From positions 9,165,534 to 9,229,533 of the forward strand of contig NC_083409.1 in NCBI RefSeq assembly GCF_020745735.1: a stretch of DNA of 64,000 nt, in the 5' to 3' direction. Of this stretch, positions 1 through 9,456 are shown in pieces. The notes beneath the pieces were generated by a model that worked only from the letters and a program-made list of their open reading frames with translations, made no database searches and was not told the DNA's origin. This DNA comes from Hemiscyllium ocellatum (lineage: Eukaryota). The number at the start of each line of letters is the position of its first letter. Within the stretch, counting starts at the first letter, position 1. A program made the translations under genes and the position numbers.

Positions 1-11
1 CAGTCGACCCT

Positions 12-1970
12 TTGGAGGTCACGGCCCAGAGAGTCGTGATCTCCAACGTCCCGCCCTTCATTGCCAGCGAGCTCCTTCTTCCCCACCTCAACACCTTGGG
101 GGAGATCCGGTCAGGTGTTCAACCGCTCCTGCTCGGTCTTAAGGACCCCGCCCTCCGTCACGTATACTCCTTCCGACGCCAGGTATTCATTTGCCTGGCC
201 CGGGAGGAGGTCACAGAGGGCTCTTTCACTGTCCTCCACGAGGGCGCGGCATACCGCGCCTTCTGGACGGCGGACGGCGTGCGGTGCCACCTGTGCCGCG
301 AGGTGGGGCATATTAGAAAAAACTGCCCCACCCAGAAGGCTGCCCAGCCCACACCAACGGCTGCGGGTGGTGCCGCCGCACCCATTCCCCCTCCCCCAAA
401 GCCAACACCACAAGCCCCGGCTCCGGGGGCTAAGCCGGAGGCTCCTAATACCTCAGCCTCTGGCAGGGAGGGGGGTGAGCGTCCGACCGGACAGAAGGTG
501 CCCAGAAAGACGCTACGCGTCAAGCCCGCCCACGGGGAGACCACCCTATCCCCATCCCCTTCCCCTTCCCCTCCACATAACCCACGACCTGCCCCGCCCC
601 GGCACGACAATGCCCCTGCGGCCGTGCCAGCGTCACCCCGGCGCGGGAACCCTGACCCCCGAACCCCCAAACACGTACCTGATCCCGGCCCCACTGACCC
701 CGACCCCAACCCCAACCCCAACCCCAACCCCCACCTCGCTACGGAAACTCCTGGGGCTTCAACCCCTCGTCCGGAAACTGAGCCCCGCCCCACCCAGCCA
801 CCCCCTGGCACTAACCTGGGGGGAACCATCGCTGCTCCACTTCCTGCAGCGACTGTGTCTCTGGGCCCCGGAGAGGGAACTGGGCCCCTGCCCCGCCCGC
901 CATCACCTGATATACCAGGGGCGGGGCAGGAAGTGACACGGCTGACCCTCCCCACCCTGGCCACGACCCCTGCATTCCCCCAGCCAATCATATTCCGGGA
1001 AAGGCGGGGGGGAGGGACCTCGGGCCCCATGATCACCAAGGCGGGCGGGGAGGGGAAGACCCATAAATCCCCCCCTGTCTCTCTGGGGAAGAGGCGCCGG
1101 CCCTTGGAGGGGGGAGAAATCCCATCAGCGCGCCGGCGGCGCTGCCCCTCTCCAGGGGATGAGCCGACGGTGCCCCCCCACTGTCCTGCACCATGGCCCG
1201 ACCTGCCCAAACCCCCAGGGGCGACAGCTGGGCCTTCCACCGCCATAACTCCTCCAGCCCCTGGGGAGGATTTTATTAACAACACGGGCCATGGTGCAGT
1301 CGACAGACTTTTATTCACTGCTGGGTCGTCGAGCGGTGGAGGGGAGGAAGGTGTTATCCTCGCTCCTCCCTCCCAGACTGTTTTTCCGGGGGCCTTGGCC
1401 CTGGGGGAGGACCTTTTCCCCGAGGGGCCGGGCGTCCCGGTGTCGGGAGAGGAGCGGGGCCCCGAGCCTCTGCCGCCCGGCGACCCGAACTCGGGGCGTT
1501 CCGGGAAGGGGTGCGCCGAGGAAGATACGGAAGGTGACCCTGGGGGTGGGGTCACTGGAGGTTTGAGGCCAGTTGGCGGTGCCGGACCAGCCCCCATCCT
1601 CTCGGTGGGGGAGGGGTCGGTGACCGAAGGCGACCTCCCGGAGGAGGGTTCTGGATCGGTGGCGGACACCGGGGACGACGCGGAGTCCGTCTCCAGCGAC
1701 ATTTTCGAGTCCCAGGTGCCCCCCACCGATCTCCCCCTCATCCCCCTCGAGGAACTCCGGGAATTTGTCGAGGAAACTCGGAGTCGCCGGGATAGAGCCC
1801 AACTGGCGCTCGACCGCTGGAGCTCCTTCGAAAGAATCTACTGGTCGGCCCACGCTGCGCGCCAGGCGCCCGGGCTTGACGTCAATGAGCGAAAGCGAGT
1901 CAGGAACTTCCTGGGAGCACTCCTGGTGAGGGCGAGGGACTTCTGTGCCCCTCTCTCGTCCTCCCAGTAA
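12..1970 (+). CDS. Tx1 ORF1 protein (5'-partial): RRM-like N-terminus, CCHC zinc knuckle, long Pro-rich linker
   Basis: VVISNVPPFI...HVYSFRRQVF (typical of Tx1 ORF1) and CHLCREVGHIRKNC (CX2CX4HX4C). Frame is open from the window start; the true ATG is upstream by analogy to 7129. Confidence 0.9.
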   Translation: MEVTAQRVVISNVPPFIASELLLPHLNTLGEIRSGVQPLLLGLKDPALRHVYSFRRQVFICLAREEVTEGSFTVLHEGAAYRAFWTADGVRCHLCREVGHIRKNCPTQKAAQPTPTAAGGAAAPIPPPPKPTPQAPAPGAKPEAPNTSASGREGGERPTGQKVPRKTLRVKPAHGETTLSPSPSPSPPHNPRPAPPRHDNAPAAVPASPRRGNPDPRTPKHVPDPGPTDPDPNPNPNPNPHLATETPGASTPRPETEPRPTQPPPGTNLGGTIAAPLPAATVSLGPGEGTGPLPRPPSPDIPGAGQEVTRLTLPTLATTPAFPQPIIFRERRGGGTSGPMITKAGGEGKTHKSPPVSLGKRRRPLEGGEIPSARRRRCPSPGDEPTVPPHCPAPWPDLPKPPGATAGPSTAITPPAPGEDFINNTGHGAVDRLLFTAGSSSGGGEEGVILAPPSQTVFPGALALGEDLFPEGPGVPVSGEERGPEPLPPGDPNSGRSGKGCAEEDTEGDPGGGVTGGLRPVGGAGPAPILSVGEGSVTEGDLPEEGSGSVADTGDDAESVSSDIFESQVPPTDLPLIPLEELREFVEETRSRRDRAQLALDRWSSFERIYWSAHAARQAPGLDVNERKRVRNFLGALLVRARDFCAPLSSSQ

Positions 1971-2029
1971 ATATGTACATAGCTTTTTTTAACTGTGTGT
2001 ACTGGTGGTGGTTGCACTATACTTTCGAC

Positions 2030-5000
2030 ATGGAGACAACTATAGCTAGCCTCAACATCAACGGCAGCAGGGAGTCACAGCGCAGATTCCAGACCCTCTC
2101 GGTCCTTCGGGACGGGAGGTATGCGGTGTGCTTCCTGCAAGAAACCCACACTACCCCGGGAGACGAAGCCACCTGGCTCCTGGAGTGGCGAGGGGGGGTC
2201 TACATGAGTCACCTCACCCGCAGATCTGGCGGGGTGGCTATCTTGTTGGCCCCGCATTTTCAGCCGGAGATCTTGGGGGTCAGGGAGCCAGTGCCAGGCC
2301 GTTTGCTTCACCTGACGGTTCGGCTGGGGGGCGCGGTGCTTCACTTGGTGAACGTCTACGCTCCCCTGGCCGGGCCGAGGCAAGCGAGCTTCTTCGAAGA
2401 AGTGTCCGCTCATCTCGCTTCCATCGACGAGAACCAGTGCGTTGTCCTCGGGGGAGATTTTAACTGCGTCCTCGAGGACAGGGACCACGGCGGTGCCCGC
2501 ACGAGTTCGACGTCGGGGAGGAGGTTGGGGGACTTGGTCAAGTCCTTGGACCTGGTGGACGTCTGGCGGAATCTCCATCCTGACTCCATCGCCTTCACCT
2601 TCGTGAGGCCTGGGGTCGGAGCGTCCAGAATCGACCGCCTGTACGTTTCGCGGGCGTACGCCTCCTGTTTTCCGAAGGCCTCCACGCGGCAGGTGTCGTG
2701 CACGGACCATCACCTGGTGTGGGCGGAACTCCTTCCGTTCGGCGCCAGGTTGGGCTCCGCGTACTGGCACTTTAACAACCTGCTGCTGGAGGACGAGCGG
2801 TTCCGGGACTCGTTTCGTCGTTTCTGGGCCGGCTGGAGAAGGAAGCGGGGAAGCTTCCCCTCCCTGAGGCTATGGTGGGACGTGGGCAAGGCTCACGTCC
2901 GCGTCTTCTGTCAGGAGTACGCGAGGGGGTCGACGAAGAGGCGGAAATCCAGGATCGGGGAGTTGGAGAGGGAGATGCTCGACCTGGAGTCACGCCTCGG
3001 TCAGCCCGACGCGGACCCGGCCCTGCGCGGGGTGTACGAAGAGAAGAAGGCCGCGCTCCGGGACCTGCAGCTCGTCGGGGCTCGGGGCGCGTACGTGAGG
3101 TCGCGGCTCCAGCTCCTCCAGGACCTGGACCGCGGCTCCCCCTTCTTCTACTCGCTGGAAAAAAGGCGTGGCACCCGTCAGCAGCTCCTTGTGCTGCTGG
3201 CCGACGACGGGTCCCTCGTCTCGGATCCGGAGGGTATCAGGGCCCACGTCCGATCCTATTACACGGCCCTGTTCTCTCCGGATCCGTCCAGCGAGGACGC
3301 TCGCAGAGTTCTGTGGGAGGACCTGCCGCAGCTCAGCCCGGAGGACGCCGGAAGGCTCGACGCTCCCGTCACCTTAGAGGAGCTGACCGGCGCCCTCGAC
3401 CGGCTCTCGCGGGGCAAATCCCCGGGGCTGGACGGGCTGACTGTGGAGTTCTTCAGGGCGTTCTGGGACGTCCTGGGGAGCGACTACGCACAGGTCCTGG
3501 GGGAGTGTCTAAATGCCGGAGAGCTGCCCCTTTCTTGGCGCAGGGCGGTCATCGTCCTGCTGCCAAAGAAGGGGGACCTTCGTTCTTTGAAGAACTGGCG
3601 TCCGGTCTCCCTCCTCAGCACGGACTACAAAATCTTTGCCAGGGTGTTGTCTTCTCGCCTGGCTTCCGTGCTGGCCCACATGATTCACCCGGACCAGTCC
3701 TACACGGTCCCGGGCCGGAGGATACAAGACAACGTCCATCTGGTCCGGGACCTGATCCATTTCTGTCGACGGGCTGGTCTGCCGAGCGCCTTCCTGTCTC
3801 TCGACCAGGAGAAGGCGTTCGACAGGGTCGATCACGAGTACCTGCTCGGGACTCTGCGGGCGTTCGGGTTCGGGACGCAGTTCGTCGCCCGGATCCGACT
3901 TTTGTACGCCGCCGCAGAGTGTCTGGTTAAAGTTAACGGGTCCCTGACGGCGCCCCTTCGCTTCGGGAGAGGAGTGCGTCAAGGCTGCCCCCTGTCCGGC
4001 CAGCTGTATTCCCTGTGCGTGGAGCCTTTCCTGCGCCTCTTGCGGAGGAGGTTGTCGGGGCTGGTTCTGCGCGGCGCGGGCGCGGGGGTGGTCCTCTCGG
4101 CCTACGCCGACGACGTGCTCCTCACTTTCACCGACCCGGCTGACCTGGGGAGGATGCGCGAGTGCCAGGCCGTGTACTCGGCGGCGTCTTCCGCCAGGAT
4201 CAACTGGGCCAAATGTTCCGGGCTACTGGTGGGTCCGTGGCGGGTGGACTCCCTGCCGGAGGAGTTTCGGGGGTTCAGCTGGAGTACCACCCATCTCCTC
4301 TACCTGGGGGTCTACCTCAGCCCGACCGAGGAATCCTGGCCGGCCAACTGGCAGGAGCTGGAGGCCAAAGTCTCGGCTCGCCTAGGCCGCTGGACAGGAC
4401 TGCTCCGAGTGCTATCTTACAGGAGCCGAGTGCTGGTCATAAACCAGCTGGTGGCCGCCATGCTGTGGTACCGGCTGGTCACTTTGGTCCCTCCTCCTGG
4501 CTTTGTCGCTGACATCCAGAGAACGTTGGTCGACTTCTTCTGGGACAAAAAGATGCACTGGGTCGCTGCGCAGGTTCTGAGTCTCCCCATTGAGGAGGGC
4601 GGTCAGTCGCTGGTGTGCGTCCGCACCCAGGTCGCGACCTTCCGCCTTCAGACCTTGCAGCGATACCTTTACGTCGAGCCTCCTCCTAGGTGGTGCGCCC
4701 TGGCGACGTATTTTTTCCGCCAGGTGCGTAACCTCAACTACGACACGCAGCTCCTGTTCGTCGACCGTGACGGTTTGGAGGTCGCCCTCAAGGTGCTGCC
4801 TGTCTTCTACCAGGACCTGATCACTGTCTGGAGCATGGTCGAATCGCGTCGCGCCTACCCTCCGGCAGGAGTAGCGGCTGTCGTCAGGGAGCCGTTGCTC
4901 AGGAATCCGCACCTCCGTGCTCGCGGGTTCGAGTGGCTGTCGGAGGGGAGGGCCGTGGCGGCGAGGGTGACCAGGGTCGGGGACGTGCTGGGTGCCGGGG

Positions 5001-5926
5001 GCCTGGGCTGGACGTTGCCGCAAGACATAGCGAGCAGGGCAGCGGTAGACGTCCGGTACGTGGCCACCGGCATCCGACGCCTTAAAACGGCGGTGCTCGG
5101 ACCCGACGTAGTGCACCAGTTGGAGGACGCTCAGGTGTGCGGTGGGATCCCGTCCGCGCTCACCCCTGCCCGGACGGAATTTCACATTGGCCCCAAGGTC
5201 CCGTACTTCCCGCGGGAGCCTGTGCCCCACAACCTGAGCCGCCTCCGAAATTTTAACTTTGTCCCGTTCAAGGACGTTAAAAGGTGTGTCCTATATCGAC
5301 TGCTGCTGCACACCGTCCACCTCTTCTCCCTCATCCACCGCCCGGACACGCCCTGGCGTGCCCATTTGCCACCGGGCGGTGGGGATCCCCAGTGGAGGGC
5401 TCTCTACGCAGGAGTCCTCCCCCTTTCTCTCGGGGATCTGGGGTGGAGGGTGCTGCACGCAGCAGTCCCCTGCAACCGCAGATTGCGGTGGTTCACGGAC
5501 TCCCAGCCCAACTGCTTGTTCTGTGGCGCTGTGGAGTCCGTGGACCATGTGTATGCTGGGTGTGGGCGTTTGCACTCCCTTTTTGATTTTCTGAAAAACC
5601 TTCTCCTCTGCTTTTGGTTGCACTTCAGTCCCACGCTCCTGATCTTCGGGCACCCGGTGCGGAGGAGGGAGGGCAGGTCTGAAGACCTCCTCGTGGGTCT
5701 GCTCCTGGGCCTGGCCAAACTGGCCATAAACAGGTCCAGGCAGCGGGCCGTGGAGGGGGTCGTTAGGGCCGACTGCCTGCCCCTCTTCCGCGGTTACGTT
5801 AGGGCCCGGGTGTCCTTGGAGAAGGAGCACGCGGTGTCCACCAACACCCTGGAGTTGTTCAGGGAGAGGTGGGCGCCGCAGGGAGTGGAGTGCATCATTT
5901 CCCCCTCCAACTCTATTTTGATTTAG
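2030..5926 (+). CDS. Tx1 ORF2, intact (1298 aa): AP-like endonuclease, reverse transcriptase, C-terminal Zn finger
   Basis: EN motifs LNING, FLQETH, GGDFN, SRIDRLY, TDHHLV. RT motifs KSPGLDG, WRPVSLL, DQEKAFDRV, GVRQGCPLSG, YADD. C-terminal CLFC..ESVDH...C. ATG 2030 (METTIASLNING) chosen; an in-frame ATG also exists at 1973. Confidence 0.95.
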   Translation: METTIASLNINGSRESQRRFQTLSVLRDGRYAVCFLQETHTTPGDEATWLLEWRGGVYMSHLTRRSGGVAILLAPHFQPEILGVREPVPGRLLHLTVRLGGAVLHLVNVYAPLAGPRQASFFEEVSAHLASIDENQCVVLGGDFNCVLEDRDHGGARTSSTSGRRLGDLVKSLDLVDVWRNLHPDSIAFTFVRPGVGASRIDRLYVSRAYASCFPKASTRQVSCTDHHLVWAELLPFGARLGSAYWHFNNLLLEDERFRDSFRRFWAGWRRKRGSFPSLRLWWDVGKAHVRVFCQEYARGSTKRRKSRIGELEREMLDLESRLGQPDADPALRGVYEEKKAALRDLQLVGARGAYVRSRLQLLQDLDRGSPFFYSLEKRRGTRQQLLVLLADDGSLVSDPEGIRAHVRSYYTALFSPDPSSEDARRVLWEDLPQLSPEDAGRLDAPVTLEELTGALDRLSRGKSPGLDGLTVEFFRAFWDVLGSDYAQVLGECLNAGELPLSWRRAVIVLLPKKGDLRSLKNWRPVSLLSTDYKIFARVLSSRLASVLAHMIHPDQSYTVPGRRIQDNVHLVRDLIHFCRRAGLPSAFLSLDQEKAFDRVDHEYLLGTLRAFGFGTQFVARIRLLYAAAECLVKVNGSLTAPLRFGRGVRQGCPLSGQLYSLCVEPFLRLLRRRLSGLVLRGAGAGVVLSAYADDVLLTFTDPADLGRMRECQAVYSAASSARINWAKCSGLLVGPWRVDSLPEEFRGFSWSTTHLLYLGVYLSPTEESWPANWQELEAKVSARLGRWTGLLRVLSYRSRVLVINQLVAAMLWYRLVTLVPPPGFVADIQRTLVDFFWDKKMHWVAAQVLSLPIEEGGQSLVCVRTQVATFRLQTLQRYLYVEPPPRWCALATYFFRQVRNLNYDTQLLFVDRDGLEVALKVLPVFYQDLITVWSMVESRRAYPPAGVAAVVREPLLRNPHLRARGFEWLSEGRAVAARVTRVGDVLGAGGLGWTLPQDIASRAAVDVRYVATGIRRLKTAVLGPDVVHQLEDAQVCGGIPSALTPARTEFHIGPKVPYFPREPVPHNLSRLRNFNFVPFKDVKRCVLYRLLLHTVHLFSLIHRPDTPWRAHLPPGGGDPQWRALYAGVLPLSLGDLGWRVLHAAVPCNRRLRWFTDSQPNCLFCGAVESVDHVYAGCGRLHSLFDFLKNLLLCFWLHFSPTLLIFGHPVRRREGRSEDLLVGLLLGLAKLAINRSRQRAVEGVVRADCLPLFRGYVRARVSLEKEHAVSTNTLELFRERWAPQGVECIISPSNSILI

Positions 5927-5954
5927 TCCCTGCCCTCCCCTTCACTGTTTTGAT

Positions 5955-6297
5955 CACACAGCATTGCCCTTTGATGGGAAGGGCACTGCTCGTCACAGGC
6001 CACTCGGGTGTTTTCCTACTTTTCCTGGTGGTGGAAATTAAATAAAGATTTGTGCACTTATGTCTCTCACTGTGTCTCACAACTACACACACACACACAC
6101 ACACACCATGGGTGCTGGGAAAAAAATAAGCACTACCGCAGTTATGCGGTAGTGTGGGGGTTAATTTAAAAAAAAAGGAAAAAAAAAATACAACCAGGAG
6201 AGGACTGAAGAAAAAAAAAAAAAAAAAGCAAAGTACACAGACAGTATTGCCCTTTGTTGAGAAGGGCACTGCTTGTCACTGGCCACTCGGGTGTTTT
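5955..6297 (+). repeat. Hairpin-bearing target-like repeat: one full unit plus the first ~70 bp of the next unit, between the two Tx1 copies
   Basis: TGCCCTT-N7-AAGGGCA (5965-5985, 6248-6268), AATAAA 6041, (CA)n, CACTACCGCA-GTTA-TGCGGTAGTG (6131-6154), A-rich tail. The next unit starts GCAAAGTACACAGACAG (6228) and is interrupted after GGGTGTTTT (6297). Confidence 0.9.
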
Positions 6298-6479
6298 GCC
6301 TGTTATTTGGGCTGGACCAGTGGCAGTGTGTAGCTGTGCAAGAAGAGGAAGACAGAGAAAAGAAGAGAGAAGAAGGAGGTGGAAGGAGGCGAGAGCTTGG
6401 AGTCCTGGGCCTAGTTTTGGAGCTGCAGCCTGGGCCTTGCCCAGGTCAAGTCAGTGTTGCAGCTGACCTGGGGCCCACA

Positions 6480-7110
6480 CCCACTGCTGGTCTCTGAGAC
6501 CCCACACGGGCCTGCCCCCACCACCGCTGCCTGGGACTTGCCTGAGGCCCCTTCCCACAACCTCCACCACTGGTACGACCTGAGGCCCACCTCCACCGCT
6601 GCTGCCTGGGACTTGCCTGGGAATCCCTCCCCAACAGGTCTGCCTCCACTGCTGGGACCGAGGGCCAGCCTGGGACTTGCCAGAGCCTGCCTCAACTGCT
6701 GCTGTCGCCTGAGGCCTGCCTCCACCACCACTGCCTGAGGCCACTCCCCAACCAAGGGCCTGCCTGGGACTCGACAGAGGCCTGCCTCAACTGCTGTCGC
6801 CTGAGGCCTGCCTCCACCACTGCAGCCTGAGACTCGCCTGAGGCCACTCCCCACAACCTCCACCACTGCTGCGACCCGAGGCCCACCTCCACCGCTGCTG
6901 CCCAGGACTCAATTTTGGGGCTGCCTGGGACTTGTCTTGGGGCCCCCCCAACAGGCCTGCCCCCAACACTGCAATTGAGGGCCTGCCGAGGACTTGCCTG
7001 AGGCCTGCCTACACCACCGCTGCCCAGGACTCGCCTCGGGTGACTGGCCTCGGGCACCTCCCCAAGGACTCCACCGCGACTACTGCCAGAGGCCCACCTC
7101 CACCGCTGCT
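6480..7110 (+). repeat. Degenerate internal subrepeats in the Tx1 5'UTR
   Basis: Recurrent CTGCCTGGGACTTGCC, CTGAGGCC and CCTCCACCGCTGCTGCC motifs; 6535-6610 is repeated at about 6830-6910. Confidence 0.8.
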
Positions 7111-7128
7111 GCCGGGGGCCGACGGAGT

Positions 7129-9399
7129 ATGGCGAGCCCGAAGGTCGCAGGGCCCAGCCGGACCTACGCCGGGGTAGCCGCTGCCTTGGGCTCGGCTGGC
7201 CCAACCCCGGCCGCAACCGCATCCCCCTTCAGGCACCTGACCAAACGCCTGGGGGTCAAGGCCTATCCCCATCCCAACATGACCATCGAGGCCTGCAGTA
7301 AGGCCATGGCTAGTGTGATCGGCCCACTGGCCATCGTCGCTGCGGCCCGCATGTACGGGAAGGCTGTATTCTTTCTTAAGACCGAGCAGGCGGTCCACCT
7401 GGCCGTGGAGAGGGGGCTCACTGTGGGCGGGACATATTTGCCAGTCGACCCTTTGGAGGTCACGGCCCAGAGAGTCGTGATCTCCAACGTCCCGCCCTTC
7501 ATTGCCAGCGAGCTCCTTCTTCCCCACCTCAACACCTTGGGGGAGATCCGGTCAGGTGTTCAACCGCTCCTGCTCGGTCTTAAGGACCCCGCCCTCCGTC
7601 ACGTATACTCCTTCCGACGCCAGGTATTCATTTGCCTGGCCCGGGAGGAGGTCACAGAGGGCTCTTTCACTGTCCTCCACGAGGGCGCGGCATACCGCGC
7701 CTTCTGGACGGCGGACGGCGTGCGGTGCCACCTGTGCCGCGAGGTGGGGCATATTAGAAAAAACTGCCCCACCCAGAAGGCTGCCCAGCCCACACCAACG
7801 GCTGCGGGTGGTGCCGCCGCACCCACTCCCCCTCCCCCAAAGTCAACACCACAAGCCCCGGCACCGGGGGCTAAGCCGGAGGCTCCCAATGCCTCAGCCT
7901 CTGGCAGGGAGGGGGGTGAGCGTCCGACCGAACGGAAGGCGCTCAGGAAGACGCAACGCGTCAAGCCCGCCCACGGGGAGACCACCCTATCCCCATCCCC
8001 TTCCCCTTCCCCTCCACGTAACCCACGACCTGCCCCGCCCCGGCACGATAATGCCCCTGCGGCCGTGCCAGCATCGCCCCGGCGCGGGAACCCTGACCCC
8101 CGAACCCCCAAACACGTACCTGATCCCGGCCCCACTGACCCCGACCCCAACCCCAACCCCGACCCCGTTACAGAAACACCTGAGGCTTCAACCCCTCCTC
8201 CGGAGACCGAGCCCCGCCCCACCCAGACACCCCCTGACACTAACCTGAGGGGAACCACCGCTGCCCTACCACCTCCAGAGACTGATTCTCCTAGCCCTGG
8301 AGAGGGAACTGGGCCCCTGCCCCGCCCGCCATCACCTGATATACCAGGGGCGGGGCAGGAAGGGACATGGCTGACACTCCCCACCCTGGCCACGCCCCCT
8401 GCATTCCCCCAGCCAATCATATTCCGGGAAAGGCGGGGGGGAGGGACCTCGGGCCCCATGACCACCAAGGCGGGCGGGGAGGGGAAGACCCATAAATCCC
8501 CCCCTGTCTCTCTGGGGAAGAGGTGCCGGCCCTTGGAGGGGGGAGAAATCCCATCAGCGCGCCGGCGGCGCTGCCCCTCTCCAGGGGATGAGCCGACGGT
8601 GCCCCCCCACTGTCCTGCACCATGGCCCGACCTGCCCAAACCCCCAGGGGCGACAGCTGGGCCTTCCACCGCCATAACTCCTCCAGCCCCTGGGGAGGAT
8701 TTTATTAACAACACGGGCCATGGTGCAGTCGACAGACTTTTATTCACTGCTGGGTCGTCGAGCGGTGGAGGGGAGGAAGGTGTTATCCTCGCTCCTCCCT
8801 CCCAGACTGTTTTTCCGGGGGCCTTGGCCCTGGGGGAGGACCTTTTCCCCGAGGAGCCGGGCGTCCCGGTGTCGGGAGAGGAGCGGGGCCCCGAGCCTCT
8901 GCCGCCCGGCGACCCGAACTCGGGGCGTTCCGGGAAGGGGTGCGCCGAGGAAGATACGGAAGGTGACCCTGGGGGTGGGGTCACTGGAGGTTTGAGGCCA
9001 GTTGGCGGTGCCGGACCAGCCCCCATCCTCTCGGTGGGGGAGGGGTCGGTGACCGAAGGCGACCTCCCGGAGGAGGGTTCTGGATCGGTGGCGGACACCG
9101 GGGACGACGCGGAGTCCGTCTCCAGCGACATTTTCGAGTCCCAGGTGCCCCCCACCGATCTCCCCCTCATCCCCCTCGAGGAACTCCGGGAATTTGTCGA
9201 GGAAACTCGGAGTCGCCGGGATAGAGCCCAACTGGCGCTCGACCGCTGGAGCTCCTTCGAAAGAGTCTACTGGTCGGCACACGCTGCGCGCCAGGCGCCC
9301 GGGCTTGACGTTAACGAGCGAAAGCGAGTCAGGAACTTCCTGGGAGCACTCCTGGTGAGGGCGAGGGACTTCTGTGCCCCTCTCTCGTCCTCCCAGTAA
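7129..9399 (+). CDS. Tx1 ORF1 protein, full length (756 aa)
   Basis: First ATG in frame is 7129 (MASPKVAG...PFRHLTKRLGVK...IVAAARMYGKAVFFLKT); CCHC knuckle; open to TAA 9399. Confidence 0.9.
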   Translation: MASPKVAGPSRTYAGVAAALGSAGPTPAATASPFRHLTKRLGVKAYPHPNMTIEACSKAMASVIGPLAIVAAARMYGKAVFFLKTEQAVHLAVERGLTVGGTYLPVDPLEVTAQRVVISNVPPFIASELLLPHLNTLGEIRSGVQPLLLGLKDPALRHVYSFRRQVFICLAREEVTEGSFTVLHEGAAYRAFWTADGVRCHLCREVGHIRKNCPTQKAAQPTPTAAGGAAAPTPPPPKSTPQAPAPGAKPEAPNASASGREGGERPTERKALRKTQRVKPAHGETTLSPSPSPSPPRNPRPAPPRHDNAPAAVPASPRRGNPDPRTPKHVPDPGPTDPDPNPNPDPVTETPEASTPPPETEPRPTQTPPDTNLRGTTAALPPPETDSPSPGEGTGPLPRPPSPDIPGAGQEGTWLTLPTLATPPAFPQPIIFRERRGGGTSGPMTTKAGGEGKTHKSPPVSLGKRCRPLEGGEIPSARRRRCPSPGDEPTVPPHCPAPWPDLPKPPGATAGPSTAITPPAPGEDFINNTGHGAVDRLLFTAGSSSGGGEEGVILAPPSQTVFPGALALGEDLFPEEPGVPVSGEERGPEPLPPGDPNSGRSGKGCAEEDTEGDPGGGVTGGLRPVGGAGPAPILSVGEGSVTEGDLPEEGSGSVADTGDDAESVSSDIFESQVPPTDLPLIPLEELREFVEETRSRRDRAQLALDRWSSFERVYWSAHAARQAPGLDVNERKRVRNFLGALLVRARDFCAPLSSSQ

Positions 9400-9456
9400 A
9401 TATGTACATAGTTTTTGTTAACTGTTTACTGGTGGTGGTTGCACTATACTTTCGAC

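Larger units (their letters stand above)
1..6060 (+). mobile_element. Tx1-clade (L1 group) non-LTR retrotransposon, copy 1; 5' part lies outside the window
   Basis: Gag-like ORF1 with CCHC knuckle followed by APE-RT ORF2. Near-identical to 7442-13465. 3' end placed about 15-20 nt after AATAAA (6041-6046), where identity to copy 2 drops; this boundary is inferred. Confidence 0.93.

Noticed and set aside
704-731. (CCCCAA)4, identical to the Tetrahymena telomere repeat
   Set aside because: In-frame Pro-Asn microsatellite in ORF1; the vertebrate telomere repeat is TTAGGG.
158-1741. 527-aa antisense ORF (and its twin 7599-9170), plus other overlapping ORFs in the Tx1 copies
   Set aside because: Shadow frames of GC-rich, Pro-rich coding sequence; no domain; present twice only because the copies are near-identical.
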